This document shows positions 45,599 to 54,621 of a stretch of 55,705 nucleotides of DNA, piece after piece. This DNA is from Dehalococcoidia bacterium. GTDB lineage: Bacteria; Chloroflexota; Dehalococcoidia; Dehalococcoidales; RBG-16-60-22. The number at the start of each line of letters is the position of its first letter. Position 1 is the stretch's first letter. The DNA lies in the NCBI GenBank assembly GCA_003141235.1, contig PLLL01000014.1:1-55705 (forward strand), written 5' to 3'. The translations under genes were made by a program, and so were the position numbers. The notes under the pieces are model-generated. The model saw only the letters and a list, made by a program, of their open reading frames with translations, searched no databases and had not been told where the DNA came from.

Positions 45599-48500
45599 AT
45601 GACCAATACTATAAATTTTAAAAAACAGACCAGCTGCAGAATGACCAATTCTATAATTAAGTATTTGGAGTCTGAGGGATATAATGTTGATCCCATAATG
45701 GATGGTATCCCCTATTCAAAGGAATATTTATCCGATCCCTTGAACTGGGTCACGTACGAAGTTAGAGAGACCTTATGCCGCAGAGCGGCTGAGCTAACTA
45801 AAAATGATGCCATAATGTATGATATCGGGTTATCTATTCCTAAGTTGAACCCTCTTGGTGGTGTTGAATCAATGGTGCGACTATTGGCCGGACCAAAAAC
45901 AGCCTATAATTTTGTTCCGAGATATGCCAGGCTATTCGACAACATACTCCAGTGTAAGGTTACTTTAAATGGTGATAATAATGCCTGTGTTGAAATGAGT
46001 ATGAGCGGGGATTTTCTGTGGTCACAGGGAACCTGCTATTACGCCCAGGGTATTTTGGCAGCAATACCGACGGTATGGGGTTTGCCTCCGGCTGAAATAC
46101 ACGAAAAGAAATGTATGTGTCAACCGGACGGAGAACATGCCAGAGGTGGCGTGCAGTATAATGCCGAGGCTTGCGTATTTGAAGTTAATTGGCAATCATT
46201 ACCTTCATTGCCTGACAAGCTGCGCCACAACATATTTCGGCGAAAAAACAGGGCGTCAACTGATGTAAGTACTCTGGAGAATAATTTTTGGCTACTTGAC
46301 CAAAAAAACGCTGAGCTGGTTGAAAATAATAAGCAGTTGGCCATCGTCCGGGATATAGCGATTAACGTTGATAAAGTAAAGACGCTTGATGAAGCATTGA
46401 TTCTGGCCATCGAAAAGGCCAGAGAAATCGAAGGGGTGCGTTTTGCAATTATCCTGAAGACAGATGAATCGGGGTTAAATGTCACTATACCTTATCATTC
46501 AAAAATTAAAAACCTATTTGTAGCGAATGCGATTAAAGCGCTAGGTTTCGACCCGGACATTGAATTAGGTTTAAGTTCCGATGACAAGAGGCACCCGCTC
46601 TCCCTGTCAAAATTTAAATCGATTCAAGGTTATCTCGCCAATCCCGGAGTTACCATCAGACCGAGTCTTGCTGAAATAGCAGATGGTGTTTTACCGCATG
46701 CGTTATGCGATGCTATGCAAAAAATACTGGGTGTTAAAAAGCTTGTACTCGTTCCACTTCTTGTTGACGGTACGCTATGGGGAAGTATGCTTTTCTTTCT
46801 CACTCAAGAAGTACCGTCAGATATCCTGGAGATGATCGGCGCACATTGTGCGACAGCTATTAAAAACGTAACTGCTCTGGAAAACCTGGAAAAGCGTAAT
46901 CGGGAACTTTCCAGTATCAATGCTGTCATCAATGCAACATCGGCGACTCTGAATGTGCCCGAAATGCTCCAAAATGCAATGCGTGAGGTTACGATTGCGC
47001 TCAAGGCCGATGCGGGCGCAATTTATTTGCCTAAAAATGACGGGGAAGAGTTATATCTGGCAGCACAAGTCGGTATGCCTGACGAGATAATAAAAAAGAG
47101 CGGAACTATCAAAGGGATAAATAGTGCTTTCAGGAAATTCGTTCTTTCTGATGAACAGGTTCGCTGCGGTGATATGTTTGACTTCGCAACTGAATATCCC
47201 GAGTTTAACTCACTAACCAGCAAGCGAAACGGTATTCCCTTTGCCACGACACAGCTAAGATTTGATGCCGGAAATCGCGGTCTAATGACCGTGGCTCGTA
47301 AAGCCGGGAATCACTTTGATAGTAGCGATATATCAATTCTGAAGTCAATCGCCAAGCAGCTTGCTATAGCGATCGAAAAAGCTATTCTTCATGAAGATGT
47401 CGTCGCAAAGACGGAGGAAACGGAAAACGCGAGACAGTTATCCAGAGAGTCGGATGCGAAATCGCGTCTTATCATCGAGTCGGTCGCTGAAGGAGTATTG
47501 GTAACTGATCTTAATGGGGTAATCCAGGGGGGCAACAGGCAAGTTGTTGCCATGCATGGTTATTATGCCGAAACTGAAATATTAGGTCTTAGCATCTTCA
47601 AGTTATTAGGTGTGAGTGACCGCGTCCGAGTTATTAAAGATCTCCGTAAGGTACTGGATATTGGAAGCAGCGGGCTGCTGGAATACACCTGCCTAAAAAA
47701 AGATGGGAGTGAGTTTCCCGGTGAGTTAAATATCAGCTTGATCAGAGATGTAAGCGGCAGGCCGACCGGATTCGTGGCGACATCTCGTGACATGACCAAG
47801 AGACAGCAGGCTGAACGGGCTTTAAGGGAGTCTGAGGAAAAATATCGATCTATCTTTGATTCGGCCAATGACATTATTATTGTTCTGGGCCACAAAGGTA
47901 ATATTCTCGATGTAAATGACAAAATAGTAGATATCGGCGGATATGAGAAAGAAGAATTGATTGGGCACGACTTCAGGAAACTGGCCCAGATCCTGACCAA
48001 AAAGAGTTTATTTTTATTGGCAGTTAATTACGCTAAAAGGCTAACCGGTATCGATGTACCCCCATATGAGGTCGAACTTTATAAGAAAAATAGAGAAATC
48101 ATTAACGTTGAAATAACAGCAGCGCCATTAAAGATTAACGGTAAAATAGTGGGAGACCTGGCCATACTTCGGGACATAACCGAGCAGAAACGTTCCGTCC
48201 AGGCATTCAAGGATAGCGAAGAGAAGTTCTCTAAAGCATTCCAGGTTAGTCCCAATGCTTGTTCTATCTCAAGCCTGAAAGACGGTAAATATGTAGAAAT
48301 TAACGATAGTTTCTCTCAAATAACCGGCTATTCAAAGGAAGAAGTTATCGGATCTACCGCCAGGATACTCAATCTTTGGGCCGATGAAAAAGAGGGTGAA
48401 AAGATACGCCCAATCCTCCGAAAACACGGCAGCGTAACCGGTGAAGAGATAACATTTAGAACTAAGTCAGGAGAAATCCGCCGCGGCATATACTCGGGAG

Positions 48501-51028
48501 AAATAGTAAAGCTGAGCGGCGAGGACTGCGTTCTGGTAACAATCAATGATATCACTGAACGCAAGAGGATGGAAATTGCATTACGGGAGTCGGGAGAAAA
48601 GTTCTCGAAAGCTTTCAGCGCCAGCGGCAACGCCATCTGTATTACTTCACTATCGGATGAACATTTTATTGAAGTCAACGAGAGCTACTCCCGTTTTACC
48701 GGATATTCCCGTGAAGAGGTAATCGGCCGCACTGCCAGGGAACTCGGACTATGGGTGGATGAAAAAGAGCTGGAAGGATTTCGAAGCAAGATTAAAAGTG
48801 CAGGCGGTTTTCAAAACATGGAGATGCGCTCACGCACGAAGTCAGGCGAGATACGCGTGGGTCTAGCTTCAGCCGAGATAATTAATATCGGGGGTGAGCC
48901 ATGCCGTATCGTGGCGATAACCGAAATTACCGAACGCAAGAAAATGGAGGATGAGTTACGCAACGCCATGATTAAAGCTGATGCAGCTAACCAGGCAAAA
49001 GGTGATTTCCTGGCCCGCATGAGCCACGAGATCCGCACGCCTATCCACGGCATCATGGGAACTCTTGATCTATTACGTGACACTGAATTGGCGCAGGAAC
49101 AACGCCAATATTTAAATATGGCTAGAAACTCGGCCGATACACTTCTTAATGTAATTAACCAAATTTTAGATTTTTCCAAGATTGAGGCAGGTAAGATTAA
49201 ACTTGAAAATATCAACTTTAACTTGCGTAAAACAGTTGAGGAAGCTTTATCAACTGTCGCGGTACTCGCTCATAAGAAGAGATTGGAGGTCCTGCTACAA
49301 GTATCACGCGACATCCCTGTTAAAGTAACCGGCGATGCCGTCCGTCTGCAACAGGTACTGGTAAATTTGCTCGGCAACGCCATTAAATTTACCGAGAAGG
49401 GTGAAATAGTCCTGCACGTGGGTATTGAAACCGAAGGCGAAACAGAGGTAGAGCTACACTTTAGTATCAGGGACACCGGAATAGGCATACCCAAGGATAA
49501 GGAGGGGCTACTTTTCAATCCCTTTGAGCAGGTTGACGGCTCTAATAGCCGCAAGTACGGCGGCACCGGCCTCGGGCTGTCCATTTGTAAGGAATTAGTC
49601 AAACTGATGAACGGACGCATCTGGTTCACCACCAAACCGGGAGAAGGGAGTGTTTTCCAGTTCACAGCGAAGTTCGGTAAACAAGCCGTTGGCGAGTGTA
49701 ATGAAAGCCTCCCGCAAATACCATCAGACTTGCGCGGATTGCCATTGCTGGTGATTGATGATAACGCAACTTGCCGCTCGATATTGAGAGATACGCTAAA
49801 GGAATACGGATTTCAAGTGACCGAAGCGGATAACGTCTCTTCAGGACTTGAAGAATTGGAATTCGCTAAGGGCACCTCCCGCCAATTTATCCTGGTACTG
49901 CTGGATAAAACGCTCCCGACAGCAGATGTCTTCGCTGCGGGCGAGCAAATTATGCTTGACACAGCTATGCGACCCGGGCTGGTTATGATGCTGCCCTCTG
50001 ACAATATTAGCAGCGACTTTGCCATGTGCCAGGAACTCGGTATATCTCACTATCTGAATAAACCTATTAAAGAGTCAGATCTGATAGATGTTATTCTATC
50101 GGCACTTGGGCATACCAAGACTAATAAAGAGACGAGCAAACTAGCTACACCAAACACCGTTTTATCAAAACTTCGCATTCTGGTGGCTGAAGATAATATA
50201 ACATCTCAATTGATTGTGAAAACAAAGCTGGAGAAAGCGGGCCACTCATTGCAGATTGCCAACAACGGGATAGAAGCTATTCGTATGGCAAAAGAGGGAG
50301 CATTTGATCTGATTTTAATGGACTTCGAAATGCCGGAAATGAACGGTCTGGAGGCTACGCGGTTAATTCGCAAGACGGAACAGGAATCAGGTCAGCATAT
50401 ACCAATAATTGCCATGACAGCTTATGCCATGAAAGAGGATAAACAAAAATGCTTAGACGCAGGTATGGATGCATATCTTTCCAAGCCGGTGAAACTAGAC
50501 GAGTTGAACAATGTCGTCAATGATATTGCTTTGAAAATAAATGCGAAATCTGATGTTATAGAGATCAAGAAAGCTAATGATGTTTCTTTAAATAATAATA
50601 CGAAATCTGATGTTATAGAGATCAAGAAAGCTAATGATGTTTCTTTAAATAATAATACGAAATCTGATGTTATGGATATCAAGGCGGCTTTGGAATTAGT
50701 TGAGGGTGATGAAGATATTCTAAAAGAGGTGATAGGCGTTTTCCTGGAACAGGACTATCCTGAGCAGTTAAAACGGCTCAAAGACGGTATCGGTCAGCAT
50801 GATGCCCCGGCTGTTAGAGTGGCGGCACACTGTATTAAAGGCGCCGTGCGTAGTTTCGGCTGTGCTACCTTTGCCAGTACGGCTCTCCAGCTTGAAGAAA
50901 TGGGACGAAACGACAATTTAACAGGAGCTACGGAAGCGCTACAGAAATTAGAGGAGGAGGAAAAGCAGTTTTCCGACTTGTTTGCCCAATACAGCCGACA
51001 AATAACGTGTAAAGCCGGCAAAAGCTAA
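45599..51028 (+). CDS. Soluble hybrid sensor histidine kinase (V4R-like N-domain, 2 GAF, 4 PAS, HisKA, HATPase_c, 2 REC, repeat linker, HPt)
   Basis: It has the H-box SHEIRTPIHGI, the N/G boxes NLLGNAIKFT, DTGIGI and GGTGLGLSICK, the REC motif LILMDFEMPEMNG, and the HPt motif AAHCIKGAVRSFG. No TM segments are evident. The protein is 1809 aa. Confidence 0.9.
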   Translation: MTNTINFKKQTSCRMTNSIIKYLESEGYNVDPIMDGIPYSKEYLSDPLNWVTYEVRETLCRRAAELTKNDAIMYDIGLSIPKLNPLGGVESMVRLLAGPKTAYNFVPRYARLFDNILQCKVTLNGDNNACVEMSMSGDFLWSQGTCYYAQGILAAIPTVWGLPPAEIHEKKCMCQPDGEHARGGVQYNAEACVFEVNWQSLPSLPDKLRHNIFRRKNRASTDVSTLENNFWLLDQKNAELVENNKQLAIVRDIAINVDKVKTLDEALILAIEKAREIEGVRFAIILKTDESGLNVTIPYHSKIKNLFVANAIKALGFDPDIELGLSSDDKRHPLSLSKFKSIQGYLANPGVTIRPSLAEIADGVLPHALCDAMQKILGVKKLVLVPLLVDGTLWGSMLFFLTQEVPSDILEMIGAHCATAIKNVTALENLEKRNRELSSINAVINATSATLNVPEMLQNAMREVTIALKADAGAIYLPKNDGEELYLAAQVGMPDEIIKKSGTIKGINSAFRKFVLSDEQVRCGDMFDFATEYPEFNSLTSKRNGIPFATTQLRFDAGNRGLMTVARKAGNHFDSSDISILKSIAKQLAIAIEKAILHEDVVAKTEETENARQLSRESDAKSRLIIESVAEGVLVTDLNGVIQGGNRQVVAMHGYYAETEILGLSIFKLLGVSDRVRVIKDLRKVLDIGSSGLLEYTCLKKDGSEFPGELNISLIRDVSGRPTGFVATSRDMTKRQQAERALRESEEKYRSIFDSANDIIIVLGHKGNILDVNDKIVDIGGYEKEELIGHDFRKLAQILTKKSLFLLAVNYAKRLTGIDVPPYEVELYKKNREIINVEITAAPLKINGKIVGDLAILRDITEQKRSVQAFKDSEEKFSKAFQVSPNACSISSLKDGKYVEINDSFSQITGYSKEEVIGSTARILNLWADEKEGEKIRPILRKHGSVTGEEITFRTKSGEIRRGIYSGEIVKLSGEDCVLVTINDITERKRMEIALRESGEKFSKAFSASGNAICITSLSDEHFIEVNESYSRFTGYSREEVIGRTARELGLWVDEKELEGFRSKIKSAGGFQNMEMRSRTKSGEIRVGLASAEIINIGGEPCRIVAITEITERKKMEDELRNAMIKADAANQAKGDFLARMSHEIRTPIHGIMGTLDLLRDTELAQEQRQYLNMARNSADTLLNVINQILDFSKIEAGKIKLENINFNLRKTVEEALSTVAVLAHKKRLEVLLQVSRDIPVKVTGDAVRLQQVLVNLLGNAIKFTEKGEIVLHVGIETEGETEVELHFSIRDTGIGIPKDKEGLLFNPFEQVDGSNSRKYGGTGLGLSICKELVKLMNGRIWFTTKPGEGSVFQFTAKFGKQAVGECNESLPQIPSDLRGLPLLVIDDNATCRSILRDTLKEYGFQVTEADNVSSGLEELEFAKGTSRQFILVLLDKTLPTADVFAAGEQIMLDTAMRPGLVMMLPSDNISSDFAMCQELGISHYLNKPIKESDLIDVILSALGHTKTNKETSKLATPNTVLSKLRILVAEDNITSQLIVKTKLEKAGHSLQIANNGIEAIRMAKEGAFDLILMDFEMPEMNGLEATRLIRKTEQESGQHIPIIAMTAYAMKEDKQKCLDAGMDAYLSKPVKLDELNNVVNDIALKINAKSDVIEIKKANDVSLNNNTKSDVIEIKKANDVSLNNNTKSDVMDIKAALELVEGDEDILKEVIGVFLEQDYPEQLKRLKDGIGQHDAPAVRVAAHCIKGAVRSFGCATFASTALQLEEMGRNDNLTGATEALQKLEEEEKQFSDLFAQYSRQITCKAGKS
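50544..50683 (+). repeat. 57-bp in-frame tandem repeat (2 perfect copies plus a partial third) in the kinase linker
   Basis: 50544-50600 equals 50601-50657 exactly. A third partial copy starts at 50658 with 2 mismatches. The peptide unit is KSDVIEIKKANDVSLNNNT. Confidence 0.9.
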
Positions 51029-51053
51029 ACCAATATGAACGGGAGGAAACGAT

Positions 51054-51482
51054 ATGAATGAGAAACTGAGAATACTCCTTGTTGATGACAATCGAGCTCT
51101 GGTTTTAGCCGCCGAGCGAGTCTTACAGAAGGAGGGTTTCGATGTCCTGACCGCATCAAACGGACAGGATGGTCTGAAAAAAGCTCAAACGGGAAAACCG
51201 GATCTCATCGTACTTGATATATTAATGCCCGATATGAACGGATACGAGGTCTGCCGTAAACTACAGGATAACCCGGATACCTGCGGTATTCCGGTGATAT
51301 TCCTGAGTGTAAAAGGGGTTATCGATGAGAATAAAAGCCCGACTGCCGAAGGTCTCAAAGAGATGGTCGAAGCTTTTGACTTCGGTGGTTCGGAATTTTT
51401 AAACAAGCCCGTCAAGGCAAGAGAGTTGATTGACACTATCAATAAGATGCTCTCATTCCGCAAGTTTTTAAGTTCGCAGTAG
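51054..51482 (+). CDS. Single-domain response regulator (CheY-like)
   Basis: It has LLVDDN, the phospho-acceptor region DLIVLDILMPDMNG and a conserved K (LNKPV). GGGAGGAA is the RBS. Confidence 0.9.
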   Translation: MNEKLRILLVDDNRALVLAAERVLQKEGFDVLTASNGQDGLKKAQTGKPDLIVLDILMPDMNGYEVCRKLQDNPDTCGIPVIFLSVKGVIDENKSPTAEGLKEMVEAFDFGGSEFLNKPVKARELIDTINKMLSFRKFLSSQ

Positions 51483-52026
51483 AGAATCTGGTAGAATAAT
51501 ACAAGATGACATCATTTTCGGGATTGACCCGAGAATCCAGCCCAACTTTTTTCGCTGACTTGCTCACTTAGCTAAGATGAGAAAACAGGAATAATTAAAT
51601 CTGTAAGATTGAAAACCAGTTAGAAAGTTCTGCCTATTGCTCCCTGGCTACACCTAGTTTTTGTAGCTAATATAAGCCCTTTTGAGATAATCAACCGCCT
51701 GTCATCTATCCCCCAGGTTTGACGTTAATCCACAAGTGCAACAACTTCAGGTACGGCTGTGTGCTTTCATTTTATTAGAGATAGGATTCGAGCCTTTGAT
51801 TATCGCCAACTGTGTCAGGATAATAATTATCAGCAGTTCATTTAATACCTTTATTCTTACATCGCCGTAGAATCCCGTGCCGAAATATTGACCTAACTAC
51901 AATACCAGAATATTGACAACAGACAAGCTAACGGACAACTGTCACAAGCAGCATACCTGATAGCTGGCAGATATGGTAAAATGGTGATATTCGTCATTGA
52001 GCAACCGGGCAGAAAACGGAGCCGGT

Positions 52027-53190
52027 ATGAAAATCCTGCAGGTTATCGACATGTTTTCTCCTTCAGCGGGAGGGTCGGCCGATGTCGCCAGCCGCCTTTC
52101 ACAGGCTTTGAGCCGGCGCGGGCACGAGGTCACGATATTTACCAGCAACTACCGGCTTGAGCAAGGGTATACCAAAACCCTGCCCGGCGTCAAAGTTTAC
52201 GCCGCCCATAATTACCTCAGTCCGGGTGGGAAACCGCTGCTGATGCCGGGAATACTGACGACGTCGAAAAGAGAGCTCCGGGACTTCGATATTATCCACC
52301 TGCATAACTACCCGACGATACCTAACATCATGGTGCACCGCTACGCGCGGCAGTACCATATCCCCTATGTTTTACAGGCTCACGGTTCACTGGCGACCTA
52401 CTTTCAGAAAGGAACTCTGAAAAGGGTCTATGACCGGCTCCGGGGTCAAGAGATTTTAAAGGACGCCGCCAAAGTTATCGCGGTAGCCCCGGCAGAAGCG
52501 GAAACCTACCGAAGTATGGGCGTGGCTGGAGACAAAATCGAGATTATCCCTAACGGCGTCGATGCTTCCGAATTCGAGAGTTTGCCTCCGCGAGGCGAGT
52601 TCAGGAAAAAACACGGACTGCAAAATCAGAAGGTAATATTCTATCTCGGCAGAATACACGCCACCAAAGGCCTGCATCTCCTGGCCGGAGCCTTTGCCGC
52701 CCTGCTCCGGGAAAAGGGCGATGCCCGATTGATTATTGCCGGGCCGGATGACGGCTACCTGACGGAACTGAAGAAGCTGATAAAAAGACTACAGATTGAG
52801 GAAAAGACCCTTTTCACCGGGCCGCTTTACGGTCAGGATAAAATACAGGCCATTGTTGACGCCGATGTTTTCGTTATGCCTTCGGCCTATGAAATATTCG
52901 GCATCGCCGTCCTGGAAGCCTGTGTCTGCGGTACGCCGGTCATCGTAACCGACCGCTGCGGTATCGCCCCGGAAATTACCGGCGATATGGGGCAGGTCAT
53001 CGGGTACGATGAAAGCGCACTCCAGGGCGCCCTGCTTAAAGCGCTGGCCGCGCCGCCGCCGGATGAAGCATCGAAAGAAAAAGGGAGACAGGCGCTTTTG
53101 GCCAGGTTTTCCTGGCAAAAACTAGCAGTAGAGATTGAAAATATCTATCGCGGCATCGTTGCGGGCAAAGAAAGCCGGAAGCCTGCTTGA
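52027..53190 (+). CDS. Glycosyltransferase family 4
   Basis: It has the N-terminus MKILQVIDMFSPSAGG and the motif EIFGIAVLEACVCGTPVIVTD. The start is set at ATG 52027. Confidence 0.85.
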   Translation: MKILQVIDMFSPSAGGSADVASRLSQALSRRGHEVTIFTSNYRLEQGYTKTLPGVKVYAAHNYLSPGGKPLLMPGILTTSKRELRDFDIIHLHNYPTIPNIMVHRYARQYHIPYVLQAHGSLATYFQKGTLKRVYDRLRGQEILKDAAKVIAVAPAEAETYRSMGVAGDKIEIIPNGVDASEFESLPPRGEFRKKHGLQNQKVIFYLGRIHATKGLHLLAGAFAALLREKGDARLIIAGPDDGYLTELKKLIKRLQIEEKTLFTGPLYGQDKIQAIVDADVFVMPSAYEIFGIAVLEACVCGTPVIVTDRCGIAPEITGDMGQVIGYDESALQGALLKALAAPPPDEASKEKGRQALLARFSWQKLAVEIENIYRGIVAGKESRKPA

Positions 53191-53241
53191 AGATGCGTCC
53201 AATACCGCCACAACAAAAGCAATACCATATCGAAGATAATC

Positions 53242-54459
53242 TTATCCTGGCTTAGTACGAATATTATCGAGCAGTTCCGCCTCAAGCCGGCGGGCTATCT
53301 TCGACTGCTCATGCGCTTGCAGGACATATTTCAGTCCGGCCTGCCCCAGCCTCTGCCGCCGTTTATCGGACTCTAATAAGTCGGTGACACTGATCGCCAT
53401 CTCTTCGGGCGTAGCGGCATAAACTATACCTTGGGACTCGCCCGGTACCAGGCTGGTGATACCCAGCAGGGGCGTCGCGACCGTGGCCCGGCCACAGGCC
53501 AGGTACTGGATTATCTTACCAGGGAAGATGTCCCTGGTCGCGGGTGTGTTAAGAAAGGGGTTGACGCAAACATCGGCCAGGTTGATGTACTGCGGCATGG
53601 TCCGGTAAGGCTGGAAGCCGGTGATGATAACACTCTTTTCCAGTTTCAGTTCAGCGATAATGCGCTCCAGAACAGGACGCTGAGGGCCGTCGCCCACGAT
53701 AAGCAGTTTAGCCTCCGGTATCCTGGTGGTGACGCGGGGAAACTGCCGGATGAATCCATCGAGTCCCGTGAAGGGAAACAGTGTGCCGATGAAGACGACC
53801 ACACGGTCTTTGTCATCAATCCCCCACTTTTGCCTGACTTCTAAATAATCGTCCGAGGGATGGAAGATACTCGTGTCTATGGGCATGAGAAGTGATTTTA
53901 CTTTGCTCTCCGCGGCTCCCAAGCTAATGACATACCGCATGTGGTTGGGGGTTATGGCTAATATTGCATTAACACTTGAATATACCTTTTTTTCCAGCAG
54001 CCTGGTGATATGGCGCAACGGCGCATGCGGTACCAGTTTGTAGAGAATATCGATAGAGCGGAAGACCACGGGAATGCCGTATTTCCTTGCCGCGGAGATA
54101 GCCTGCAATCCGTTGGTCGGGACAGAATACAATATAACGATATCGATGTCCTTTTCTTTTATCGTTTTCTGAATCTCCCGGTAATGAGTCAGACCGGCGG
54201 AGAGGCGGCTCAATCCGGGTATCTTGATAAATCCGGGGCGCCGCAGAGTTACAGAGGCGCCGGGAAGAGCGCGGGAAACGCCTCCAGTCTCTTTTGTCTT
54301 TAAGCTGCCCAGGTCCCAGAAGCCGTTTTTCCGCCAGGTATTTTCGTAATCAATGACATAGACACGGTGGCCGAGCGAAGAAAGACTCTCTGCCAGGTTG
54401 TGAATCTCAAACACAACTTTCTTTAACCAGTCTACTTCATGGATGAACAGTATATTCAT
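53242..54459 (-). CDS. Glycosyltransferase family 4
   Basis: It has the N-terminus MNILFIHEVDW and GT-B C-terminal motifs (FPGKIIQYLACGRATVAT). The start is set at ATG 54459. Confidence 0.8.
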   Translation of the reverse strand: MNILFIHEVDWLKKVVFEIHNLAESLSSLGHRVYVIDYENTWRKNGFWDLGSLKTKETGGVSRALPGASVTLRRPGFIKIPGLSRLSAGLTHYREIQKTIKEKDIDIVILYSVPTNGLQAISAARKYGIPVVFRSIDILYKLVPHAPLRHITRLLEKKVYSSVNAILAITPNHMRYVISLGAAESKVKSLLMPIDTSIFHPSDDYLEVRQKWGIDDKDRVVVFIGTLFPFTGLDGFIRQFPRVTTRIPEAKLLIVGDGPQRPVLERIIAELKLEKSVIITGFQPYRTMPQYINLADVCVNPFLNTPATRDIFPGKIIQYLACGRATVATPLLGITSLVPGESQGIVYAATPEEMAISVTDLLESDKRRQRLGQAGLKYVLQAHEQSKIARRLEAELLDNIRTKPG

Positions 54460-54621
54460 TTCTCTTGAACCGTTCCGTTGCACACATTATATATTAGGAA
54501 TCACTTCAAGTGAAACATAATTTAAGAAAATATTTATCAGGATTTTAAGTAAATACAGTGACAATCCCCGGTTCTCTCACCAGAGTTAAGAATATCCTAT
54601 TGAGTTCAGCATTCTTATGGC

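Noticed and set aside
50544-50683. Tandem repeats (57 bp here, 18 bp at 38560-38610) as possible CRISPR arrays
   Set aside because: The repeats are contiguous with no spacers, lie in frame inside long conserved ORFs, and no cas genes are present.
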